Shown piece after piece: positions 1 to 8,319 of a stretch of 12,115 bases of DNA. Positions within the stretch are counted from its first letter, which is position 1. The number at the start of each line of letters is the position of its first letter. The stretch comes from an uncultured bacterium (GTDB lineage: Bacteria > Babelota > Babeliae > Babelales > RVW-14): contig CAVXAT010000006.1 of NCBI GenBank assembly GCA_963759805.1, positions 1 to 12,115 on the forward strand, given 5' to 3'. The notes beneath the pieces are model-generated. The model did not search any database, was not told where the DNA came from, and saw nothing but the letters and a program-made list of their open reading frames with translations. The position numbers and the translations under genes are program-made.

Positions 1-1
1 A

Positions 2-3000
2 AACGCCAACATTGAAATAGACAGCACTCCGTATCCATATGGGTTAATTTTGGGAGATGGAACAGCACCGGATGATTTTGCACTAAACATTGATCCTGGA
101 GTAAACCTTACATTAAAATCAGGTAGATTATTTTATAACAATTATTCACCTAATCAAATTATGTTTGATAGCCCTTCATCTACTCTTTCAATAAACCCTC
201 AAAAGGGGGTCTATGCCACCAGAAGTTTCAATATAAATAACGGAACAATCGCCTCACCAAGTCCAAATGATATAAGCTTTGGTTGGAATACGGGAAAGTA
301 TATACAAACATCCAATATGCAGAGATATGATTATGAGCACTTAAGTGATTTTTATATTACCGGAACATTAATCCCCCCTACTCTTGTTCTTGATATCAAT
401 AACCAAATTTTAGCAAATCCGGGAACTGTAAATAAAAATATTCTGATAAATCAATCTAATAATCTAATTACGGGAATAGGTCACATATCCGGAGGGATAT
501 TATTCACAAATTATAATTCAACCGTTACCTGGGACATTCCTCAACCTTATACAGCAGGAAATATTAATTTGAATGGGGGCAGAATTAGATATACACAAGA
601 TTCCGGAATTGGACCGCAATATTCATTCGTGGGAAGTGGAACAATTGACTTAACAACAAAAAAATTTGAACTGGGATCAGAAGCAACCACTTGGACAGGT
701 AATTTTTATTGGATTGGTAACAGTGGAATAATTAGTCTAAATAATGATATAACAATCGATGGAACTTGGACCTTGAGCGGAAATATAATAATTAACGGCA
801 ACGGATATACAATGGATTTGGGAACAACAGGAACTCTTATTTTTGAGTATGGCGCACAAGTGGTTGCCAACAATGTTGCTTTCTATAATTTGACAAGACA
901 GAATAGAATCATATGCAAGGATAACAATTGTCAACTTGAACTCAATTATGTAGATATGGTATTGGCTGGCGATTATCTGTGGGACAAGGGCAGTATATAC
1001 ACCTATTTCGATAGTATAATTTTGCCTATTTCACAGGGCTTAGATTCACTCGTTACATTTTCTTATACGTCTCCGCAACCAGTTTACATTGACTCAGACG
1101 CATCTATTGCAATTTGGCCTGGGGTTAGATTTTCTACCGGACGTCCAAATTCAACGATAACTGATATAACACAGCAGCCCATAACTTTTGGTGATGTAGA
1201 GACCTCAAGAATTCTTCTTAACGGTGGAACATTGCACATAACCTCATCCGGCATGATTATGACAGGAGGAACAATTGAAGCTAATGATGCTTCTACTATT
1301 GAAATAGAAAATTCCACATATCCATATGGATTAATTCTTGGCAATAACACATCAGGTAATGATTTTTTATTAGATATTGAACCTGGAGCCCAACTTACTT
1401 TGACATCAGGAAAACTTTTTTATAATAACTATTCCCCAAACAGAATCGATTTCGATAGTCCTGGCTCTTCTCTGAATATAGTCCCTACAAATGGATTAAC
1501 GGCTGTAACTAATCTGACATTGCAAAATGGGACCATATATTCCCCCGGGACAGCGGTAATTCCATACAGTAATTCGTCCGTTATTTTCAGTAATATAATC
1601 AGAAATTTTGGTTCTCCATACTCTATTGCAACGGTTAGCACTCATGGTGTTTACCCTTCATACACATTAGCCAATGGAGACTCTTTTTATACAACCCAGG
1701 GATATACCATCAGAAATATTGTTGCAAGCTCAGGATCATCAACATTTGGTGGTACCGCTGAGTTTGGCGGAACTTTAAGCTTACAAAACAACACCGTAAC
1801 CCTGAACTCAATTTTAGAAACTCCACTTTTTTGTAGTGTGCCTTTAAATGGTGGAACTCTTATTTATGGAACAAATAGTTCATTTGGCGAATCCTACACT
1901 TTGACTGGATCAGGTAACGTACAGTTCAATGGAACAAGTCTTTCATTCGGTCCGCAAGACACTAGTATGACAAGCTCAATTTACTGGCAGGGCGTAACAT
2001 CCGGCCAAATTAATTTAAATGCCAAAACAGGCCTTTCAAGTACCTGGCAATTTGGTGGCAATATGATTATAAATGGTAACGGCAATGCTTTGGATCTGTC
2101 AGATGGAGGTATTTTGCAAATCAGGCCAGGGGCTACTCTTACGCTTCAAGATATTGCAGTAAAAGGTCTGGGACAAAATTTCGGTTCAATTAATTTCATG
2201 GATAATACAGGAACGTTAAGATTGTCCAATGTCTATATGGACCTTGATAACAATCTATCAACAACGATTGGTGGAGTTATTGTCTTCGGACCAACAACCG
2301 TCGGTGTAAAAAACTACAACTGGACACTTTCTCAAAACGCATCTATGACCGTTGATGGAGCAACATTATGGAAAGATCCACTCGATAAGATAAATCACGG
2401 TAGCATTAAATTTGGAACAGGATCGATAGGCAAATATCTCACGCTGATATACAGCGGCACAATAAAAACTTTATCTAATCTTGATATGTTGAGTACCGAC
2501 ACGACAATCCTTCAGATGCAAATCAGGAATAACAGTAACACCCTGCTGTACTTAAGCCGTACCAACTCCAACGCCCTTCTCTTCGGCGATAGAAACAGCA
2601 GCAATGCTATTGTTGCTCTGGACAGAACTGTTAGAACCGATAGCAATGCCTTTGTTTATGGCATCAAGAACAACAGCAACGCTATTATCAATCTGAACCA
2701 GATAACTGCTGAGCTTTCTGTTAACAACAGTAACGCTATTGTATCTTGGATTAAAGGCACAAGTAATGCAGTTATTAAGTTAAGCGGTACAGCTCCGGCA
2801 GTCCTGCCTCTCAACAACAGTAATGCTATTATAAAACTTACCGCAGAGATTCAAACCATAGACCACGGCCCAAGTGCCATTCAAATTAGTGCTCCTACAT
2901 ATACAATGTCATATGACATTTATCTAAGTACTGACCATACACTAAACATTCAAAACAGCTGTGTGCTTGATGGCAATGGACACATGATAAATTTTGCAAA

Positions 3001-3826
3001 AGATAGTCCAAACATTTTCACAACAGGGATGAATAGTAACGTCATTCTTAACAACGTTGTTCTGAAAAACTTTGATGATTCCTCAGTGCAACTGGGATCC
3101 GGTGCTACATTAACATTTGGTGAGGGATGCAGAATTGATCTTGCGGATGAGCAGGCAATGTCCATGCCATGGATATTCAGTGGGAATTCTGCAATCAATG
3201 GTTATGGCAACCCTCTTGATCTTGGTACGCAAAGCATCCAAATCATGCAAAGTGGAACCTTGACAGTAGAAAACATTATCCTGAGTGGCCTTGTAGACAA
3301 CAATGTACGATGCTTAGGTCCAAACGCAAATATTACATTCAAGAATGATACATTACAAATTACGGGAGATTACAGCTTTACGGCCGGGTCTCTGATATTC
3401 CAAGACGAAGTTGAAATCAAGTCTAATAATGAGCTTTCGCTTTCAAATGAATTTATTTACGCATCTGATCAAATATCGACAATAAACAGTTACTCAAGAT
3501 TGAAATTGGATTACGGCGTGTTCTTCTATTATGCACCAAGTATTGTGAGTAGAAATCTAATTGCGATGCAAGATGTCTCTTCAGAGTTATATTTGAATGG
3601 ATGCGCATTGGCAACATCATCAGTCGGAATGCGTTTAATAAAAGGAACATTGACAGTCGACAGTGACAACCAATTAATCGATGTTTTATTTGGAACACCA
3701 ACAAGTCTTGCACAAAGTATCTGTTTCGGTGATGGAACTTCAGCTGATGACTTGGCGATAAACATACTCCCAGGGGGGCAACTGAACATAGCCAACGGAA
3801 TACTTGATTATCAGAACGTAAACTAA
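2..3826 (+). CDS. Giant repeat surface/adhesin-like protein (5'-truncated): tandem ~430-aa beta-rich modules, an NSNA-repeat segment and a C-terminal module
   Basis: The frame is open from base 2 (NANIEIDSTPYPYGLILGDG...), so the TTG at 50 is not the true start. The internal repeat has a 1287-nt offset (ATTGAAATAG at 11 and 1298; YPYGLILG...SG[RK]LFYNNYSPN in both copies). The motif W-x-[LF]-[SG]-GN-xx-ING-x-G recurs at 767, 2045 and 3170. Composition is Asn/Gly/Ser/Thr/Ile-rich. The function is inferred. Confidence 0.85.
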   Translation, partial: NANIEIDSTPYPYGLILGDGTAPDDFALNIDPGVNLTLKSGRLFYNNYSPNQIMFDSPSSTLSINPQKGVYATRSFNINNGTIASPSPNDISFGWNTGKYIQTSNMQRYDYEHLSDFYITGTLIPPTLVLDINNQILANPGTVNKNILINQSNNLITGIGHISGGILFTNYNSTVTWDIPQPYTAGNINLNGGRIRYTQDSGIGPQYSFVGSGTIDLTTKKFELGSEATTWTGNFYWIGNSGIISLNNDITIDGTWTLSGNIIINGNGYTMDLGTTGTLIFEYGAQVVANNVAFYNLTRQNRIICKDNNCQLELNYVDMVLAGDYLWDKGSIYTYFDSIILPISQGLDSLVTFSYTSPQPVYIDSDASIAIWPGVRFSTGRPNSTITDITQQPITFGDVETSRILLNGGTLHITSSGMIMTGGTIEANDASTIEIENSTYPYGLILGNNTSGNDFLLDIEPGAQLTLTSGKLFYNNYSPNRIDFDSPGSSLNIVPTNGLTAVTNLTLQNGTIYSPGTAVIPYSNSSVIFSNIIRNFGSPYSIATVSTHGVYPSYTLANGDSFYTTQGYTIRNIVASSGSSTFGGTAEFGGTLSLQNNTVTLNSILETPLFCSVPLNGGTLIYGTNSSFGESYTLTGSGNVQFNGTSLSFGPQDTSMTSSIYWQGVTSGQINLNAKTGLSSTWQFGGNMIINGNGNALDLSDGGILQIRPGATLTLQDIAVKGLGQNFGSINFMDNTGTLRLSNVYMDLDNNLSTTIGGVIVFGPTTVGVKNYNWTLSQNASMTVDGATLWKDPLDKINHGSIKFGTGSIGKYLTLIYSGTIKTLSNLDMLSTDTTILQMQIRNNSNTLLYLSRTNSNALLFGDRNSSNAIVALDRTVRTDSNAFVYGIKNNSNAIINLNQITAELSVNNSNAIVSWIKGTSNAVIKLSGTAPAVLPLNNSNAIIKLTAEIQTIDHGPSAIQISAPTYTMSYDIYLSTDHTLNIQNSCVLDGNGHMINFAKDSPNIFTTGMNSNVILNNVVLKNFDDSSVQLGSGATLTFGEGCRIDLADEQAMSMPWIFSGNSAINGYGNPLDLGTQSIQIMQSGTLTVENIILSGLVDNNVRCLGPNANITFKNDTLQITGDYSFTAGSLIFQDEVEIKSNNELSLSNEFIYASDQISTINSYSRLKLDYGVFFYYAPSIVSRNLIAMQDVSSELYLNGCALATSSVGMRLIKGTLTVDSDNQLIDVLFGTPTSLAQSICFGDGTSADDLAINILPGGQLNIANGILDYQNVN
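2522..2839 (+). repeat. Coding repeat: eight xxSN[AT] (NSNA-type) units, several spaced 11 aa apart
   Basis: Translation shows NNSNT, TNSNA, NSSNA, TDSNA, NNSNA, NNSNA, GTSNA and NNSNA, each followed by hydrophobic residues. AACAACAG[CT]AA[CT]GCTATT recurs at DNA level. Confidence 0.85.
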
Positions 3827-3847
3827 AAAAATCAGACGTTAATTTAA

Positions 3848-3870
3848 GGGGCGCACAACCTGTGCGCCCC
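3848..3870. terminator. Perfect GC-rich hairpin between convergent genes (possible terminator)
   Basis: GGGGCGCACA-acc-TGTGCGCCCC forms a 10-bp stem. There is no clean U-tract 3' of it on either strand. Confidence 0.5.
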
Positions 3871-3956
3871 GTCAAAAAATGCTAAAGATCTTAAAGAATT
3901 AATTCTTTGGTTACAAAAAGTTTTTCCAGCAGGAAGACCACGGTCGGAAACTACAC

Positions 3957-3980
3957 AATCGCCATTCTCAACTGGCGATT
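3957..3980 (-). terminator. Hairpin overlapping the adk stop codon
   Basis: AATCGCCA-N8-TGGCGATT forms an 8-bp stem with only a weak U-tract. Confidence 0.3.
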
Positions 3981-4764
3981 ATAAAATTTTAGTGAAATTT
4001 TCGTAAACTTCATCAACTGAAAGCCTTGAAGCATTTATCTCTTCAATCTTAATACTGTTTTTTCTATAAAAACTTAATACATCATCGCTATATTTTGCGT
4101 AGACGCTTAATCTTTCACGCACAACATTTTCAACGTCATCTTGTCTTCTGATAAGTTTAGCTCCGCATTTTTCACAAACAAGATTGTTGGGATCTTTCAT
4201 AAGTTTTAATGAGTATGTTGCTTGGCATGCTTTGTTATCACACATAACTCTGTTTGTAATTCTGTCAACGATCTCTTCCTCCGGAACATTGATAGAGATT
4301 ACTCTGAACTTGTAATCTTTGAACTTCGTGTTTAATAAATTCAGTAGCAGCTCAGCCTGTTTTGCCGTTCTTGGATAACCGTCTAAAATAATTGATTTGT
4401 TATCTGTTGTCTCTTTTGTAAGCCATTCTTCAACCATGTCGGTAATAAGTTCATCCGGAACAAGCTTGCCCTCTTTTATTATTGATGTTATCAGCTTAGA
4501 TTTTTCATCTTCTTTGGTCATGGCAGCTCGGCATAGATTTCCTGTGGATAAAACTTTGAAGTTAAGTTTTCCCACACATCTTTCGGCTAAAGTTCCTTTG
4601 CCAGATCCTGGTGCTCCAAAAAATGAAAATATTGTTTTTTCCATCTGTTTACCTTCAGTTTCTTTTGATTCTTCTGTTTTGGCTCTGTTGTCATTCGAAC
4701 TAAAATTACATGCCGGCAATACCAATCCCGCTGCAATTAAAAGCCATAAATTCTTACAAACCAT
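3979..4764 (-). CDS. adk: Adenylate kinase (long Zn-LID type) with a 40-aa N-terminal extension carrying a putative lipoprotein signal peptide
   Basis: Motifs: P-loop GAPGSGKGT, STGNLCR, GKLVPDE, ILDGYPRT, LID C-x4-C-x16-C-x2-C, and RQDD. SD AGGAG (4771-4775, minus strand) precedes the ATG at 4764. The N-terminus reads MVCKNLWLLIAAGLVLPA-C19. Confidence 0.95.
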   Translation of the reverse strand: MVCKNLWLLIAAGLVLPACNFSSNDNRAKTEESKETEGKQMEKTIFSFFGAPGSGKGTLAERCVGKLNFKVLSTGNLCRAAMTKEDEKSKLITSIIKEGKLVPDELITDMVEEWLTKETTDNKSIILDGYPRTAKQAELLLNLLNTKFKDYKFRVISINVPEEEIVDRITNRVMCDNKACQATYSLKLMKDPNNLVCEKCGAKLIRRQDDVENVVRERLSVYAKYSDDVLSFYRKNSIKIEEINASRLSVDEVYENFTKIL

Positions 4765-4975
4765 GTCAAACTCCTAAAATACGCCCAAATATGCCTAAAA
4801 ATATCATTTAATTTCAAATTTGCTCAATTTTTGACTTAAAAGCTAATTTTACGAATTTTTGCAAAATGCGCAACTTTTAATTTACTTTTTCTACATAAAG
4901 GCCCACTGAGTCGCTTGTTGTGTGAGTTGTGGTGGCAGTTTTGCGCTTGTGGGGGCCATTTCTGTTTATTTTAGT

Positions 4976-5003
4976 TCGACATTTTGATTTATCCTGCTAT
5001 AAT
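4976..5003 (+). promoter_or_regulatory. Sigma70-type extended -10 promoter of the RRM gene
   Basis: TCGACA (4976-4981), a 16-nt spacer containing TG at 4995-4996, then TATAAT (4998-5003). SD TAGGAG lies at 5031-5036. Confidence 0.6.
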
Positions 5004-5042
5004 CAAGAAAGTTAAGTGAAATTCTTTTTTTAGGAGTATCTG

Positions 5043-5387
5043 ATGAAAATCTACGTTGGCAATTTGTCTCGTGTTGTAACCGAGTCAGATTTGCGCCAAG
5101 CATTTGAGGCTTTTGGTCAAGTTATGTCGGCTTTGATCTTGAAAGATAAATTTAGTGGGGAACCTAGAGGTTTTGGATTTGTTGAGATGCCATCTGCTGG
5201 TGAAGCAGAAGCTGCAATTGCAGGCTTGAATGGCACTGAACTTGGCGGTCAGACTTTAAAAGTCAACGAAGCTCGTCCAAAGGCTGATAGACCTCGTTTT
5301 GGAGGTAATGGTGGTGGTCGTGGCGGTGATCGTCGTGGCGGAAGCAGTGGAGGATTTGGTGGTCCACGCAGAAGCAACCGGTTTTAA
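5043..5387 (+). CDS. RRM (RNP-1) RNA-binding protein with a Gly/Arg-rich tail
   Basis: RNP-2 IYVGNL, RNP-1 RGFGFVEM, LKVNEARPK, an RGG-rich C-terminus and a strong SD. Confidence 0.96.
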   Translation: MKIYVGNLSRVVTESDLRQAFEAFGQVMSALILKDKFSGEPRGFGFVEMPSAGEAEAAIAGLNGTELGGQTLKVNEARPKADRPRFGGNGGGRGGDRRGGSSGGFGGPRRSNRF

Positions 5388-5472
5388 TATTTTAAATTAA
5401 TTGATAGTTTTTAAGTACAAGTTTTTTTGTACTTACGTTTTTTAGATTGATAAGAATTTCACTTAGGTTTGA

Positions 5473-5506
5473 CCGCTGGAACGCAAATTCCAGCGGCTCT
5501 TTTTTT
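5473..5506 (+). terminator. Rho-independent terminator of the RRM gene
   Basis: CCGCTGGAA-cgcaaa-TTCCAGCGG followed by CTCTTTTTTT. A weaker AT-rich hairpin (AAGTACAA...TTGTACTT, 5413-5434) precedes it. Confidence 0.8.
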
Positions 5507-5539
5507 GTCGAAATTGACGTAACTTTTGTTTTAAAAAAT

Positions 5540-5696
5540 TAGATCTCTTCTGAAACTCTGCCCGCCGCCCCAAGGGGCGATGGTTCGAGCCGCCTTCGCC
5601 AAGGCTTCGGCGCCCAGGCAAGCTGGCCGCTCATCCTGAGCCTGTCGAAGGAACCACGAGCGGGCTAGTAAAAAACTTATTTACAGAAGAGGTCTA
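5540..5696. mobile_element. 157-bp miniature inverted-repeat / palindromic element with nested hairpin modules
   Basis: Terminal inverted repeats TAGATCTCTTCTG (5540-5552) and CAGAAGAGGTCTA (5684-5696) match at 12/13, with TA at both ends. Nested pairs: GCCCGC/GCGGGC (5560/5660), TGGTTC/GAACCA (5581/5651), CGCCC-caag-GGGCG and GCCTT-cgcc-AAGGC. It is a GC-rich island in AT-rich intergenic DNA. Confidence 0.65.
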
Positions 5697-5726
5697 TTGA
5701 CTCAGCCTCATCGAATCTGCTACTGT
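5697..5726 (+). promoter_or_regulatory. Putative sigma70 promoter for the acyl-synthetase fusion gene
   Basis: TTGACT (5697-5702), an 18-nt spacer ending in TGC, then TACTGT (5721-5726). Confidence 0.35.
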
Positions 5727-5770
5727 TCTTTTAGTAGTTATATTTTTTGTATTTATCTTGTATTTAAAAG

Positions 5771-8293
5771 ATGCCTATCATGATTTTAAATGAAATTCTA
5801 GAACGTAATGCATTAAAATACGCTTGCTTGCCTGCGCTTACCATGCGAATGGGGTATAGAACAGTAACCCTGAATTATAAGCAGGTTTATGATTTATCGC
5901 GTAAGATTGCTCTTTTTTTGCAAAATCAGGGTGTAGGAAAAGGGGATAAAGTAATTATTTTTGCCCCAAATTCTCCCTACTGGGTTTGTGCTTTTTGGGG
6001 GGTACTTTTAAACGGAAGTATTGCCATTCCTGTCAATGTTCAGAGCACTTCACAGATGATTGATAAAATTGTGGCGCATACGCAGGCCAAACTAATTTTT
6101 AAGGGCAGATATTTAAAATATAATTTACCAGATGACTCGCCTGTAACATCTTTTATTATTGATTTTATTGACGAGCTGACGGAACAGTTTGATCCGAATA
6201 ATTTTAAAAAAATTGATATAAATCAAGATGATTTGATTGAAATTTTGTACACATCCGGAACTACGGGTGATCCAAAGGGTGCTTTGCTCACACACAATAA
6301 TTTGCTTTCAAATGTTCAGGCTATTTCGACGATAATTATCTTTAAACATGGATCTGTTCGTATTCTTTCAATTTTGCCACTTACTCATATTCTTGAGCAA
6401 ACAATAGGGCTAATGCTGGCATTCTTTTATGCAGCACATATTATTTATGCTCATTCATACGCGGCTATTGGTGACTTACTGCGTGAATATAAAGTAGATA
6501 AAATGATTGCAGTTCCCGAATTTTTGAAAATTTTCATGCAGAGAATTAAATTTAATGCGCAAAACAGAGGACTGCGCAGCCTTTTGGAGTCGATGCTTTC
6601 AAGCTCCGAAAAGTTAAATAATAAGTTTATATCTAGAATTCTGCTTTACCCCGTTCGCCGTAAGATTGGAAGTAGGCTTGATACAGTTGCCAGTGGAGGG
6701 GCCCCGCTTGAAGTTGAGGTTGAACGCGAATGGCGTGCTTTAGGAATAGATTTACTTCAGGGGTACGGGCTTACCGAAACATCGCCCGTGGTCTGCTTAA
6801 ACTCTTTTGATTTCCATCGATTCGGTTCAGTGGGAAAGGTTTTGCCGGGTGTTAGCGTACGGATTGAGGAGGATGGTGAAATTTTGGTGAAAGGGCCTGG
6901 TGTTTTTCAAGGATATTTCAAAGACGAAGAGAAAACGAAGCAGGCTTTTACAGAGGATGGATGGTTCAGAACCGGTGATATGGGATATTTTGATCAAGAT
7001 GGTTTTTTATTTTTAAAAGGGCGTAAAAAGTACATGATTCTTGGAAGCGGCGGCCAGAATGTATTTCCTGAAGATATTGAAGCTGAATTGAGTAAAATTA
7101 CGGGCGTTAGAGACAGTTGTGTGTTGGGTTTTGAGCGAAAAGGTGGCAATGTGGAAATTCATGCCGTGTTGCTCCTTGATCCATCGGTTAATGATCCGGA
7201 AAAGAAGGATCCGGAAAGGATTGTTGAGCAGGCAAATTCAAATCTTGCATCATACCAGCTTATAAATTCATGGTCTGTTTGGGCCGAAGATGATTTTCCC
7301 CGTTCTGCGACTCGTAAAGTTAAACGGGACGATGTAAAAAAGGTTTTACTGGCGCAAAAAAATGGTGGACAAAAACAGGTTGTGCCGGATGATAAGAGCA
7401 AAATTATTCATATTCTGAGTAATGTTTCCGGTGTTGCACTAGAGAAGATTAATTTAAATACCCGGATTATACGGGATTTAAATATGGATTCTCTTATGCG
7501 CGTTGAGCTGGTTATGCGTTTGGAGGTAGAGTTAGGCGTTTCCATTGATGAGTCCAAAATAAATGCGCAGACCACAGTGCAGCAACTCGAAGAGTTAGTT
7601 CAGAAGCATGTGGGTGTAAAAAAGACTGTGGGATTAAAGCGTTGGCCTAGAACCAGGCTTGCAAATTGCTTTAGAGTTGCAATTCAAGGATTGCTTCTTT
7701 TGCTCAGCCGAATTTTTATGTCTGTTAAAGTTGAAGGGCTTGAAAACTTAAAAGTTGGAAACTTACAAGTTGGAAACGAGCCCGTAATTTTTATGCCAAA
7801 TCATATCGGTTATCATGATCCTGTTGCTGTTATGGTTGCATTGCCTGCTAAATTCAGAAAAAAGTTGGCAATTGCAGCGGCACGTGATGTTTTGTATGAA
7901 GAGTATTCAAAATTTTCTTGGCTGGCAGAACTGTTTTTCAACTCTTACCCATTATCACGACTTGAGGATGAAAATATCAAACTTGGACTTGAGAATACCG
8001 GGAAACTTATTGATCTAGGATATTCAATTCTTGTTTTTCCCGAGGGTAAAATTAGTTTGGATGGAAAGTTTCAACCCCTGAAATTGGGGGCAGGTTTTAT
8101 GGCAGTTGAGATGGGTGTTGCGATTATTCCGATAAAAATTGAAGGTACGGAAAAGATTGCTCCATACGGATGCGTTTTACCACGCAGACGTGCAGCGGTT
8201 AAAGTAAAATTTGGCAAGCCTATCAAATTTAAAAAATCAGATTCATATGATATGGCAAAAGATTGTATTGAAAAAGCGATGAGAGAGTTGTAA
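5771..8293 (+). CDS. Long-chain acyl-CoA/acyl-ACP synthetase (AMP-binding) + acyl carrier domain + PlsC-like acyltransferase fusion
   Basis: Adenylation motifs YTSGTTGDPKG, GYGLTETSP and GWFRTGDMG. Phosphopantetheine site LNMDSL. Acyltransferase motifs NHIGYHD (HX4D), FPEG and IIPIKI. The start could alternatively be the ATG at 5780. Confidence 0.92.
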   Translation: MPIMILNEILERNALKYACLPALTMRMGYRTVTLNYKQVYDLSRKIALFLQNQGVGKGDKVIIFAPNSPYWVCAFWGVLLNGSIAIPVNVQSTSQMIDKIVAHTQAKLIFKGRYLKYNLPDDSPVTSFIIDFIDELTEQFDPNNFKKIDINQDDLIEILYTSGTTGDPKGALLTHNNLLSNVQAISTIIIFKHGSVRILSILPLTHILEQTIGLMLAFFYAAHIIYAHSYAAIGDLLREYKVDKMIAVPEFLKIFMQRIKFNAQNRGLRSLLESMLSSSEKLNNKFISRILLYPVRRKIGSRLDTVASGGAPLEVEVEREWRALGIDLLQGYGLTETSPVVCLNSFDFHRFGSVGKVLPGVSVRIEEDGEILVKGPGVFQGYFKDEEKTKQAFTEDGWFRTGDMGYFDQDGFLFLKGRKKYMILGSGGQNVFPEDIEAELSKITGVRDSCVLGFERKGGNVEIHAVLLLDPSVNDPEKKDPERIVEQANSNLASYQLINSWSVWAEDDFPRSATRKVKRDDVKKVLLAQKNGGQKQVVPDDKSKIIHILSNVSGVALEKINLNTRIIRDLNMDSLMRVELVMRLEVELGVSIDESKINAQTTVQQLEELVQKHVGVKKTVGLKRWPRTRLANCFRVAIQGLLLLLSRIFMSVKVEGLENLKVGNLQVGNEPVIFMPNHIGYHDPVAVMVALPAKFRKKLAIAAARDVLYEEYSKFSWLAELFFNSYPLSRLEDENIKLGLENTGKLIDLGYSILVFPEGKISLDGKFQPLKLGAGFMAVEMGVAIIPIKIEGTEKIAPYGCVLPRRRAAVKVKFGKPIKFKKSDSYDMAKDCIEKAMREL

Positions 8294-8319
8294 AAGATCC
8301 GAAAATGTTAGAGGCGTTT

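Noticed and set aside
50..52. TTG start of the giant ORF
   Set aside because: The frame is open to the window edge and the upstream residues align with the internal repeat.
2522..2839. CRISPR array or DGR template/variable repeats (AAC-rich repeats)
   Set aside because: The repeats are degenerate, in frame and vary at synonymous positions. There is no cas or reverse transcriptase gene and no adenine-specific mismatch pair.
737..3875. Minus-strand ORFs inside the giant gene (737-934, 1084-1350, 1429-1641, 2950-3198, 3453-3875, 3529-3795)
   Set aside because: They are antisense shadows of a well-supported CDS with no motifs.
5560..5665. tRNA or other housekeeping ncRNA (contains GGTTCGAG)
   Set aside because: No cloverleaf or CCA end can be built. 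The nested inverted repeats explain the structure better.
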